A stretch of 64,000 nt of DNA. Origin: Octopus sinensis (taxonomy: Eukaryota). Position 1 is the first letter of the stretch. Each line of letters starts with the position of its first letter. This document shows positions 26,077 to 37,502 of the stretch, one piece after another. The notes under the pieces are model-generated. The model searched no databases. It had not been told where the DNA came from and saw nothing but the letters and a program-made list of their open reading frames with translations. The stretch covers positions 30,628,001-30,692,000 of the forward strand of contig NC_042998.1 of the NCBI RefSeq assembly GCF_006345805.1. Reading direction: 5' to 3'. The translations under genes were made by a program, and so were the position numbers.

Positions 26077-26454
26077 ATATAGAGAGAGATAGCGATGGAT
26101 AGAAGAATGATATCGATGCAGCTACATAACACAAGGAGATACGCCAATCTACACTCATAAATGGATAGGAACCACCGCTTAATAAAAGATAATGGTAAAA
26201 TGCGATGATCACACTACAACCTGCAAAAAAAAAAGGGAGAAAAATTTGTAAGCATTATGGTATCATGTACGGGAATCAATTTGTGTGTGCTTATCAGTGC
26301 ATTGTTGATGCATGCAACTATCCATGTGCAGCTTGGCATTAAATTGGTCGATGAACGCAGTGCCAAACTGATACTGCAGCGGAGGACATGTTAGACCACC
26401 TGCTACCACCAGCTTCAGAAAGCTTTCTAGAGCTGAAAGTCAGAAAGCATACAG

Positions 26455-26995
26455 TGGTGTGTGCGTGTGTGTATGTGTATGTGTGTGTGTGTGTGTGTGT
26501 TCTTGTGTTTGTGTGCTTGTATTTGTGAGTGTGTGTGTGTACGTGAGATTGTGTGAGAGTGTGTGTGTGTCAGTGTGTGTTTGTGTGTGTGTACGTGTTT
26601 GTGTGTGTGCGTTTGTGTGCGTTTGTGTGCGTTTGTGTGTGTACGTGTGTGTATGTGTATGCGTGTGGGTGTGTCTGTGTGTGGGTGTGTCTGTGTGTCT
26701 GAGTGTGTGTGTTTGTGTGTGTGCGTGTATGTGCGTTTGTTTGTGTACGTGTGTGTATGTGTATGCGTGTGTGTGTGTCTGCATGTGTGTATGTGCCTGT
26801 GTATGTGGGTGTGAGAGTGTGTGTGTTTGTGTGTGTGTGCCTGTGTGTGTGTGTGTGCGCGTGTGTGTGTGTGTACCTGTGTGTATGTGTATGCGTGTGG
26901 GTGGGTGTGCGTGTGGATGTCTGTGTCTGTGTGAGTTTGTAAGTGTATGTGTGTGTGTGTGTGTGTATGTGTGTGTGTTTCTGTGTGTGAAGTAT
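26455..26995. repeat. Degenerate compound (GT)n microsatellite
   Basis: Direct reading. Confidence 0.95.
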
Positions 26996-27885
26996 ACGCT
27001 TATATTTGAATGAAAGATGAAAGTCGTCAATACAATTGCAACCTGATCTGCCTCATTGCAAAAATTTTTAAAAAATGAATTAAGGAAGAAAGAAAGTGAG
27101 TAAGCTTGAATGTCCATGTACGCATGCGCACACACACAGCACACACCTACACGCAAAGTGTCCATTTCACAAATAAATAAACAAACGTTAACGAGTTCCT
27201 CCTCCCACAGAATCTACACCATACACATACACAAACCCGCACTCTCACACATGCACATATACGGCTTCTTATACACACTTACTCCCACATACAGGTACAC
27301 ACGCATGCAAGTACACACACATACATGCGTTCTCCCTTTCTCTTTCACATTTTCACTCACATCACATAAATGGAAATAGAGATTCTGAAAGCAAAGTGAC
27401 ACACAGACAGGTAATAGTGAGAACATGTCATGGCGACGACAGGTCGCTGACGAACTTAATTGATTGACTGATCGAACGATTAGTCAACCAATTGATGAGT
27501 TAACTGGTTGACAAATAACAGTTCTTTTTACTATAGGAACGAGGCCTAAAATTTGGGGGTACTGGGGAAACACGATTACACCGACCCAGTGTTCAACTGG
27601 GACGTATTTTATCGACCCCGAAATGATAAAAGCCGAAGTCGGTATCGGTAGAACTTGAAGTCAGAACGCAAGGCTAAAAGAGATATCCAGTCGAATATAT
27701 AACGTTGGTGAAAAAACAATTTAAAAAATTATACAAGAAATAATTGATAAACATGCTTTCTTAATACACAGAGTCACAGATGCAATGATGCACACATACA
27801 AAGACGTAGGTGTGTATATTCATAGAGACATTACAGAACCGCACATATATACGCTTATATCTTGAGTTTTATTCCTCATAAATTC

Positions 27886-27934
<49 letters not shown>

Positions 27935-28025
27935 TATTCGAGACAAAACCACTATTTTGCAAAACAAACAAGGAAAGACTTTTCTTTTAAAAATAAAAAC
28001 TTAATCAACTCAACTGGACTTAGTA

Positions 28026-28424
28026 AATTGTTGATAGGATTTTTTAGTTTATATATTGTTTATATATTGTTTATATATTGTTTATATATGGATTATAGAT
28101 AGGTTATATATGGATTATATACTTATATTTTTTCATTCATACTTTAATTATTTTAAAATTATTATTTTTATATTTTAAAATATTGATTTTTTAGATTGGA
28201 AGTCCACCTGAAGATTGTCGATCAAGACAAGAAACGATTGTAGTGGCGGTTTTTTTGACTATTTATTAAAATTTTATGTATTAATTAAGTCTTTCCTTGT
28301 TTGTTTTGCAAAATAGTGGTTTTGTCTCGAATAATATTTTATAATATTTTACTATAAAATCGATTTAATCCTAAATCTGATTTTTTCCCTGTAAATTTGG
28401 ATTTATTCCCTAATATTTATTATT
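28026..28424 (+). repeat. Upstream pseudo-LTR of the PLE
   Basis: Matches 36046-36432 except for one extra 11-nt tandem unit and a 1-nt indel, as far as I can see. Confidence 0.92.
28204..28246 (+). ncRNA. Minimal type I hammerhead ribozyme
   Basis: ccac CTGAAGA ttgtc-gatcaa-gacaa GAAA cgattg TA gtgg: stem I, core, stem II, GAAA and a GUA cleavage triplet. Confidence 0.88.
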
Positions 28425-28478
28425 TATATAATATTGATAATTTTGTATATTGAGTGTAATACCTCAATTTCGTAAATT

Positions 28479-29171
28479 ATGGATTTTACAGGTAAGATAG
28501 AACCGCTGTTTTGGGATTCATCTTTGAAAGATATTCCTATTCCTTCTAGAAAGGAATTTATTTTGAAACTTGTTAATAACGTTAAAGATTTTATTTCTAG
28601 AATTAAATGGAAAGCTTTTTACTATAATTTTTATTTATTTAATGATATTGATAGTAGGAATGATAATTTTACCTCTAAATTTAAATCTAGAAAGGAACCT
28701 CCATTTAATAAAGAATTACAATTACTTGAAGATAGTATATGGAAGGTGGTAAAAAATATTGAATTCCATAAATACCCAAATAGAAATAATGAATATTTAA
28801 GGAATTTAGCAATTAAAATTAAAGATATGAGAAATATGGATGGTATTATAGTACAATCTGATAAAACAAGGAACTTATATAAATTAGATGTTAAATTATA
28901 TGATAAACTATTAGGGAAAGAAATAATTAAAAAATATAAAATTGTTCCAGATGATATTCTTTATAATATTAATAAGGCCTCTAAAGTAGTAATGTTAAAA
29001 TATGAGTTGGATAATAAAACTGAACCTTATGTACCTTTGCACCCCAGAATTACTCTTAAAGACCATAAAGATAATTTTTATTCAGACCCTAAAGTTAGAT
29101 TAATTTGCCCATGTAAATCGGATCTAGGTAAATTAAGTAAATTTATTTTAGATAATATATTGATAAGTTAA
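28479..29171 (+). CDS. PLE ORF, N-terminal segment (ends at a frameshift)
   Basis: SLKDIPIPSRKEFILKLVNNVKDFISRIKWKAFYY and DKTRNLYKL...PKVRLICPCKSDLGKLSKFILD resemble the N-terminal region of invertebrate Penelope/Poseidon ORFs. The sequence continues in the -1 frame as DKLNKLNYLKLWFSNNNTLKW. Confidence 0.82.
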   Translation: MDFTGKIEPLFWDSSLKDIPIPSRKEFILKLVNNVKDFISRIKWKAFYYNFYLFNDIDSRNDNFTSKFKSRKEPPFNKELQLLEDSIWKVVKNIEFHKYPNRNNEYLRNLAIKIKDMRNMDGIIVQSDKTRNLYKLDVKLYDKLLGKEIIKKYKIVPDDILYNINKASKVVMLKYELDNKTEPYVPLHPRITLKDHKDNFYSDPKVRLICPCKSDLGKLSKFILDNILIS

Positions 29172-29215
29172 ATAAACTTAATTATTTAAAATTATGGTTT
29201 AGTAATAATAATACA

Positions 29216-30055
29216 TTGAAATGGTTTAATAATATTAAAGATAAAAATCGTTATAAATTTATTCAAATAGATATAGATAATTATTATTCTTCTATTAATG
29301 AAATTGTGTTTAATAAAGCGCTTATTTTCGCAATGAATAAAGCGGGTATGTCACGGGAAGAAGTTAATGTAATTAAAATGGCTAGGATATCGCTAATTAA
29401 ATATAAAAATAAATTATGGGCTAGGAATGATACTAGAGATTGTTTTGATATACCTATGGGAGCACCAGATTCTGCACAGGCTACTGATTTAGTAGGTATT
29501 TTTCTTTTATCTGAACTCCAATTAGAAAATCTTAAGATAGAGGGTGGTTTATATAGAGACGATCTTCTACTAGTTACAAAAAATTGTACTAATAGGAATC
29601 TAGAAGTATATAAGAAAAAACTATATAGTTTCTTTAAAAGATATGGTTTAAGTATTACTATATATAAGGAGAATTATAATGTTAATTATTTAGATGTTAA
29701 TTTTAATCTTATTACAGGTAAAACACAACCATATCATAAACTTAATGAGAACCTTAGATATATAAATGTTAATAGTAATCACCCATTTTCTATTAAAAAA
29801 TCGTTGATTAATAATATAAGTAAACGTATTTCATTACTCTCTTATGATATAGAGATTTTTAATAAACATGCTAATTATTATAATGAGGCCCTTAGAGGGG
29901 CAAGTTATAATAGGAATATTAAATTTTATAATATTAGTGATAAAGATTTAATTGTTAATTTTCGAGATACTTCTAATAATAATTATAATTTTGTTAGGTT
30001 TAGTGGTAAAAATAATAGATATTTAAAAAAAATAATAAAAATGATAAAAATATAA
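29216..30055 (+). CDS. PLE reverse transcriptase core
   Basis: RT motifs FIQIDIDNYYSSI (A), IPMGAPDSAQATDLVG (B') and GLYRDDLL (C) are present, followed by thumb region YLDVNFNL...PYHKLNENLRYINVNSNHP. Confidence 0.92.
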   Translation: MKWFNNIKDKNRYKFIQIDIDNYYSSINEIVFNKALIFAMNKAGMSREEVNVIKMARISLIKYKNKLWARNDTRDCFDIPMGAPDSAQATDLVGIFLLSELQLENLKIEGGLYRDDLLLVTKNCTNRNLEVYKKKLYSFFKRYGLSITIYKENYNVNYLDVNFNLITGKTQPYHKLNENLRYINVNSNHPFSIKKSLINNISKRISLLSYDIEIFNKHANYYNEALRGASYNRNIKFYNISDKDLIVNFRDTSNNNYNFVRFSGKNNRYLKKIIKMIKI

Positions 30056-30993
30056 ATAAGAATAATAATAATAATAATAAATATAATAATAATAATATAA
30101 ATAAGAATAATATAAATAAAAATAAATTTAATAATTATTATAATAATTATATTGATAAATTTAATAATATTAATAATTCCTTAAATGCTGTACATAGATA
30201 TAATTCTGATAATAATTTTAATAAAATAAAGAATTATAAATATATTTATAATAATGATAATAATAATAATGTTAATAAGAATAAAATTTGGTTAATAGTT
30301 CCTTATGGAGATCAAGTAAAAACGAATATTATTAAAGAGATTTTAGATGTTATAGAACTATTTATTAGAGATAATCGTAAATATAGAAACATTTTCTCTT
30401 TTAATAATTTTGGAGTTGGTTACTCTACCACTAATAATGTTGGTAACATTATTTCTTCATTTAATAAATATAAACTGAATAATTTTTATAAAAAGAAATT
30501 ATTTGATAACAATATTAATAATGATAAGACTTATATTAATTGTACATGTAGAGATAAATCTAATTGTATATTAAATAATAATTGTGATATTAACGATGTA
30601 GTGTATAAATGTATAGTTACATTACATGATAATAACTTTAAGAATAATAATTACAAAAAAGTGGTTTATATAGGTTCTACTTCCTCAAAAATAAAACTAA
30701 GAATCGCACAACATATGAATTCTTTTAAAAATAAAAACTTAATCAACTCAACTGGACTTAGTAAGTACATTTGGAGTCTTAAATCACTAAATATTAATTA
30801 TAGTTTAATTTGGGAAATAATTTGTAAAACTAAATCATATACTATAGGAGCTAATTGTTGTTATTTATGCTCTAATGAGTTTAAAGAAATTTTATTTTAT
30901 AAGTATGATAATTTACTTAATACTGGCGAGGAGCGCAAAATAAAATGCAGAAATAAGTTACTTTACCTATATAATAAGTTTCATGATAAATAG
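30019..30993 (+). CDS. PLE linker, Cys-rich motif and GIY-YIG endonuclease (frame open from 30019; ORF track shows only 30601-30993)
   Basis: Stop-free frame: Asn-rich tract, then IWLIVPYGDQVKTNII, CTCRDKSNCILNNNC, VYKCIV...VVYIGST...RIAQH, and LSKYIWSL...CCYLCSNE...LLN. Confidence 0.88.
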   Translation: MFKKNNKNDKNINKNNNNNNKYNNNNINKNNINKNKFNNYYNNYIDKFNNINNSLNAVHRYNSDNNFNKIKNYKYIYNNDNNNNVNKNKIWLIVPYGDQVKTNIIKEILDVIELFIRDNRKYRNIFSFNNFGVGYSTTNNVGNIISSFNKYKLNNFYKKKLFDNNINNDKTYINCTCRDKSNCILNNNCDINDVVYKCIVTLHDNNFKNNNYKKVVYIGSTSSKIKLRIAQHMNSFKNKNLINSTGLSKYIWSLKSLNINYSLIWEIICKTKSYTIGANCCYLCSNEFKEILFYKYDNLLNTGEERKIKCRNKLLYLYNKFHDK

Positions 30994-32142
30994 CAATAAT
31001 AGTTCCCTTTTAAGTTACTTTAGTTTAGTTTAAATTAGTTTAGATAATATATTTTTGGTTATGTTGTCTAGGCTTTAATTATAGTTAGTCTTTATTTATA
31101 TTTCTTTGTTTTAATTAGTTCATTTTTAATGTATATATTTTGGAGGATATATTTATATGCTTATGGGTGTTATTTAGTGGTGTTTTTATTGAGTTTTGTA
31201 TGTATGTGTGAATGTTTAAGATCCCTTTGTTTTTTGTTTTTTATTTGGTATGTTGAATTGACAGATTTTATTGGGTATTGTCTGTTATAATAAAGTACAC
31301 ACACCCATAACAAATATAAGTACCCACTTCATTCGATGTACCTGGAATTGCATGTGAGCCTCGGCATATACATATAACGGCCACTCCCACCCCACATGGA
31401 TAAATAAACACATACATCCCCAAAAATGGTTGTAATCCCATTCACACCAATTATATGTATACAATTATACACACTAGAATAATACATAACTAACCCAAAT
31501 ATACAGAACATACTAAAAATCACCAACTAACCACTATCACAAATGAAACCCACACCCATACAATGACAAAATTGCCCCCTCCATACCCAATTTACACCCA
31601 CATAGTAATCCCAATATATTCATCCATATATGGACGCAAGTGCGTGAAGCACATGCACACAATTAATAAGTACAACCCCCTATACACACTTATATAAATT
31701 TGTATTAAGCTCGACATCCAGTGATAAGATTACACCCACTCACACCCAGATGGGTGAATTGCACAACCAGGGAACGCACACATACACGTGTGCGTTTTTT
31801 GATTGTGCAATTCGCCCATATGCATGTATGCGGGCGCGATTACATTGTTGCATATATCGAGCCTAAATAGCATGCATATGTACATGTGAGGGGTACACGC
31901 AAATGACGTGCGCGTGTACCCCCTGCATTTATACCCGTGCGTAATATACACATGGAGACTACCACACAGGTACAATTGTGTATAGTAATGGAGCCCCATC
32001 ACTACACTCAATGTATACTATCACCCATCCGCACGGATGTGTAAGTGTATCTCCGGTGTATATGTTGAGGTTTATATATTTGTAGCGTTGTGGAGGTGAA
32101 TGTCGTTGAAATTGTGAATTAATGGGTGGAATTGGGAATTGT

Positions 32143-35100
32143 AACCGGGTGGTGGACTAGCGTCGCTTGGAATTGGGAATTGATTAGTGTGGTAGTGAGG
32201 TAGGTATCGGGAATAGGTTTGGGTTGCTGTAGGTTGTTTGTTAGAGCTGCTAGGGTGAGCTAAAGCTCATAAATGTATATAATGGTTTTTCATGGTAGTT
32301 TTAAAGAATCCATTCATTATAAAATTTTTTACGTAGTGTTGGTTTGCTACGTGGATATAGTTTTAGTTCCATTTATTCTATTTCTCCATTCATAATTTAA
32401 ATGACGTTTAATTTCTATGGCGCGTATTCTCTCTTTTTTTACATAAGTTATTTCTATGGTAAAGTAAATTTGGTTTGGTTTTTTTAACGGCTAAGAACTT
32501 AATTTCACTTCATTATTTGAAATTGACTTGTAGTATGTATTTTATTTATCCTTATGTCATATTGTTATTTTGATATTCTGGTTAATTACGATGTATTTAA
32601 TGTTGTTTTCATAGGAGTGTTTATGTATATGAGATGTGTGTGAGTTTTTAGTTGTATATTTTATTTATCTGTATGAGTGTGGGTGTGTAAATATTGTTGT
32701 ATATATCGAGTTTAGTGAGTATATATATGAGTATATGTGAGGGAGTATATGTATCTGTTGTGTGTGTGTGTTTTTTGTGTGTGTGTGTGTGTTTGTGTGT
32801 GAATGTGTATATGGGTTTGTTATTTAGGTTTTGGGATGTTTGTGTTAATTTGTCTGTGTGGGGAGGGAGTGGGTTTTGGTGTATATTGAGGTTTATAAAT
32901 TAGGATAGGTATGTGTATAAGTTGTGGGTCTGTGGTTTACGAGTGTGTATTTGTGTGTGAATGTTTAGGTTTAGGGGGATTACTATTTAGGTTTGTTATA
33001 GAGTTTAGTAAAGGGAGATTTTATCGTTATATGCTTTTATGAGTTTTGGTTTATCATGGTTATTTTAGGGAATTCGTGGTAATTTGCCTATTTTCGATGT
33101 TGGTTGTTTTATTACATTGTTTCATTCATAATTTTTGAGTGGTGTTCGTTTTGCCACGTGAATAACCGGGTGGTGGACTAGCGTTGCTTGGAATTGTGAA
33201 TGGAATAGTGTAGTAGTGAGGTAGGCATAGAGAATGGGTTTGGGTTACTGCAAGTTGTTGTTAGAGATGCTAAGGTGAGCTAAAGTTCATAGATGTATAT
33301 AATGATTTTTCATGGTAGTTTTTTAAAGAATCCATTCATAATAAATTTTTTTAAGTAGTGTTGGTTTGCCACGTGGATATAGTTTTTAGTTCCATTTTCC
33401 TATTTCTCCATTCATAATTTAAATGACGTTTACTTTCCATGGCGCGTATTCTTTTTTTACATAAGTTATTTCTATGGTAACGTAATTTTGTTTTGATTTT
33501 TTAACGGCTAATAATTTAATTTCACTTCATAATTTGACACTGAATTGTAAGTATGTATTTTATTTATCCTTATGTCATATTGTTATTTTGATATTCTGGT
33601 TAATTACGATGTATTTAATGTTGTTTTCATAGGTGTGTTTATGTATATGAGATTGTGTGCGAGTTTTTAGTTGTTTAATTTATTTATCTGTATGAGTGTG
33701 GGTGTGTAAATATTGTTGTATATATCGAGTTTAGTGAGTATGTATATGCGTATATGTGAGGGAGTATATGTATCTGTTGTGTGTGTGTGTTTTGCGTGTG
33801 TGTGTGTTTGTGTGTGAATGTGTATATGGGTTTGTTATTTAGGTTTTGGGATGTATGTGTTAATTTGTCTGTGTGGGGAGGGAGTGGGTTTTGGTGTATA
33901 TTGAGGTTTATAAGTTAGTATAGGTATGTGTATAAGTGTGGGTCTGTCGTTTACGAGTGTGTATTTGTGTGTGAATGTTTAGGTTAGGGAGATTGCTATA
34001 TAGGTTTGTTATAGAGTTTAGCAAAGGGAGATTTATCGTTATATGTTTTTAGGAGTTTTGGTTTATCATGGTTTTTTTTAGGGAATTCGTGGTAATTTGT
34101 CTATTTTCGATGTTGGTTGTTTTATTACATTGTTTCATTCCTAATTTTTGAGTGGTGTTCGTTTTGCCACGTGAATAACCGGGAGGTGGACTAGCGTTGT
34201 TTGGAATTGTGAATGGAATAGTGTAGTAGTGAGGTAGGCATAGAGAATGGGTTTGGGTTACTGCAAGTTGTTTGTTAGTCTTTTTTTACATAAGTTATTT
34301 CTATGGTAACGTAATTTTGGTTTGATTTTTTAACGGCTAAGAATTTAATTTCACTTCATAATTTGACACTGAATTGTAAGTATGTATTTTATTTACCTTT
34401 ATGTCATATTGTTATTTTTGATATTCTGGTTATTACGATGTATTTAATTTTGTTTTCATAGGAGTGTTTATGTATATGAGATTGTGTGCGAGTTTTTAGA
34501 TGTATAATTTATTTATCTGTATGAGTGTGGGTGTGTAAATATTGTTGTATATATTGAGTTTAGTGAGTATGTATATGCGTATTTGTGAGGGAGTATATGT
34601 ATCTGTTGTGTGTGTGTGTTTTGTGTGTGTGTGTGTTTGTGTGTGAATGTGTATATGGGTTTGTTATTTAGGTTTTGGGATGTATGAGTTAATTTGTCTG
34701 TGTGGGAGGGGGGTTTTGGTGTATATGGAGGTTTATAAGTTAGTTTAGGTATGTGTATAAGTCGTGGGTCTGTGGTTTACGTGTGTGTTTGTGTGTGAAT
34801 GTTTAGGTTAGGGGGATTAATATATAGGTTTGTTATAGAGTTTAGCAAAGGGAGATTTTATCGTTATATGTTTTTTAAGAGTTTTGGTTTATCATGGTTT
34901 TTTTAGGGAATTCGTAGTAATTTGTCTATTTTCGATGTTGGTTGATTTATTATATTGTTTCATTCATAATTTTTGAGTGGTGTTCGTTTTGCCACGTGAA
35001 TTTTATTTTTAATTCCATTTATTCCATTTCTCCATTCATTAATTTAGAGATGTTCGTTTCCAGAGCGGTTATACTTTTTATATATATGTTAAGTTCCTTG

Positions 35101-35760
35101 GTAAAGTAATTTTGTTTGGTGTATATGTTGAGGCTTATATGTACTTCTGGGTGTGTGTGAGTGGGGTGTGAGTTTGTATTTGTTATGGGTGTGTGGTTTA
35201 CGAGTGGTTTTGTGTGTGAATGTATAGGTTAAAGGAATTGCTATATAAGTATGTTTTAGTGTTTAGTAAAGGGAGGTTTTATCATTTCTGTTTTGTGAGT
35301 TTTAGCTTATCATGGTAGTTTTATAAAAGAATCCATTCATAATTTTTGTGTTTATTTGTCTGTGTGGGGTTGAGTGGGTTTTTGGAGTATATGTTGAGGT
35401 TTATATGTATGTATTGGTATGTGTAAGTGGTGTGGGTATTTGTATATGTCGTGGGTGTGTGGTTTACGTGTGTGTATTTGTGTGTGAATGTTTAGGTTAG
35501 GGGGATTGCTATATAGGTTTGTTATAGAGTTTAGTAAAGGGAGATTTTATCATTATATGTTTTTATGAGTTTTGGTTATCATGGTAGGTTTGATAAGGAA
35601 TTTGTAGTAATTTGTGTCTATTTGCGATGTCTGTTGTTTTATTGCATTGTTTCATTCATAATTTTTAAGTAGTGTTCGTTTTACCAAGTGAATATAATTT
35701 TTAATTCCATTTATTCCATTTCTCCGTTCATAGTTTTGAGTGATGTCCGTTTTCTAGAGC
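32143..35760 (+). repeat. ~1-kb G+T-rich tandem repeat array inside the PLE 3' region
   Basis: Marker aaccggg(t/a)ggtggactagcg occurs at 32143, 33164 and 34177. The third unit has an internal deletion, and rearranged partial units follow from 35001. Confidence 0.85.
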
Positions 35761-36045
35761 GTGAATGTGGGTTGTATGTGTGTGTGTGTGGGAGTTTGAA
35801 TAAGTATTGTGTTGAAGTATTTAGCTATTTTATTTATTTATAGTTGCCTAGACATTTTTATGTGTATGTATAGGGATATATATATAGGCGTGTGATTTAG
35901 TGTATGTAGTTAGATATGGTTATATATAATTAGGTATATGCGTATGGGTGTATATATAGTTTATTATTATATTATTATTATTTTTTTTGTTTTGTTTTAT
36001 ATTTTATATTTTATATTTTATTTTTATATTTTATATTTTATATTT

Positions 36046-36432
36046 AATTGTTGATAGGTTTTTTTAGTTTATATATTGTTTATATATTGTTTATATATGG
36101 ATTATAGATAGGTTATATATGGATTATATACTTATATTTTTTCATTCATACTTTAATTATTTTAAAATTATTATTTTTATATTTTAAAATATTGATTTTT
36201 TAGATTGGAAGTCCACCTGAAGATTGTCGATCAAGACAAGAAACGATTGTAGTGGCGGTTTTTTTGACTATTTATTAAAATTTTATGTATTAATTAAGTC
36301 TTTCCTTGTTTGTTTTGCAAAATAGTGGTTTTGTCTCGAATAATATTTTATAATATTTTACTATAAAATCGATTTAATCCTAATCTGATTTTTTCCCTGT
36401 AAATTTGGATTTATTCCCTAATATTTATTATT
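36046..36432 (+). repeat. Downstream pseudo-LTR of the PLE
   Basis: Direct repeat of 28026-28424, running into a long (TA)-rich tract. Confidence 0.92.
36213..36255 (+). ncRNA. Minimal type I hammerhead ribozyme (second pLTR copy)
   Basis: Identical to 28204-28246. Confidence 0.88.
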
Positions 36433-36462
36433 ATATATATAATATATATATATATACACATA

Positions 36463-36496
<34 letters not shown>

Positions 36497-36501
36497 TACA
36501 C

Positions 36502-36550
<49 letters not shown>

Positions 36551-36658
36551 CATAATATATATATATATATATATATATTATACATATATATATATATATA
36601 TATAATATATATATATACATATATATATATACATATATATATATACATATATATACAC

Positions 36659-36716
<58 letters not shown>
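36433..36716. repeat. Long (TA)-rich microsatellite at the PLE 3' junction
   Basis: Direct reading. Confidence 0.95.
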
Positions 36717-36719
<3 letters not shown>

Positions 36720-36729
36720 TGTATATTCT

Positions 36730-36925
36730 TTTATGCGTTTACTTGTTTCAGTCATTTGTCCGAAGCCATGCTGGAGCACTGCCTTTTGTCGAGCAATTCG
36801 ACCTCAGGACTTATTCTCTGTAAGCGTAGTACTTATTCTATCGGTATCTTTTGCCGAACCGCTAGTTTACGGGGACGTAATCACAGGCACACAAACGTAC
36901 ACATACAAACACACACACACACATT
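36730..36925 (-). mobile_element. SINE family A, 3' half
   Basis: Tail half only. Confidence 0.75.
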
Positions 36926-37502
36926 TTCCGGTGTGCTAACGATTGTCCCAGCTCGCCAATTTATTTGACAAATAATGATATAAGAAAGACGTGAAATAGA
37001 ACCAGTGCCTGTCTTTATTAACATAATGGCCGTCCTAAAATACAACAGGTTCTGTTTCAACACAGAAATATACATCAATAATCTGGCAAACCGTATACAA
37101 AGATGAAATATTAGTAAATTATATCGTTTTATGTATTTTCATAGTTTAAACTTTAAGTAATGGTGCATTCAACATCCGCATAATTTTTTAGCTCTAACCT
37201 AAATTACGTTTTCGGTGTAAGTGTGTAGAACAAAAAAATATTGTCTTATTTTTTCTGTGCATCTGTACTTCTAATAATCCTTTCTAGAATAGGCACAATG
37301 CCTGAACTTTCAAGGGAGATGGTAACTCGTTTACATCGATCCCAGCCCTCAACTGGTACATATTCTATTGATCCTGAACGGTGAAGGGTGAAGGGTAAAG
37401 TCGATCTCGGAGGAATTTGAACTCAAACGAAATACCGCTAGGCACGTTGTCCAACGTGGTAACCATTCTGCCTGCTCGCCGCCTCAAGTAAACTGCACAT
37501 AT

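Larger units (their letters stand above)
27925..36432 (+). mobile_element. Near full-length Penelope-like retroelement (Penelope/Poseidon-type, EN+) inserted in (TA)n
   Basis: RT and GIY-YIG coding segments are bracketed by direct ~390-bp repeats (28026-28424, 36046-36432), each with a hammerhead motif. There is an inverted pLTR fragment at the 5' end and (TA)n on both sides. Confidence 0.93.

Noticed and set aside
26440-27165. 241-aa His/Thr-rich ORF and overlapping Val/Cys-rich ORFs
   Set aside because: They are translations of a degenerate (GT)n tract, which lacks stop codons by composition.
28479-28497. ttttacag|gtaag near the PLE start, hinting at the 5' intron known in PLEs
   Set aside because: The site reads as both acceptor and donor, and no partner site could be assigned.
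36405-36779. YIYI-type ORFs here and at 41217, 41828, 48922 and 50203
   Set aside because: They are (TA)n microsatellite artefacts.
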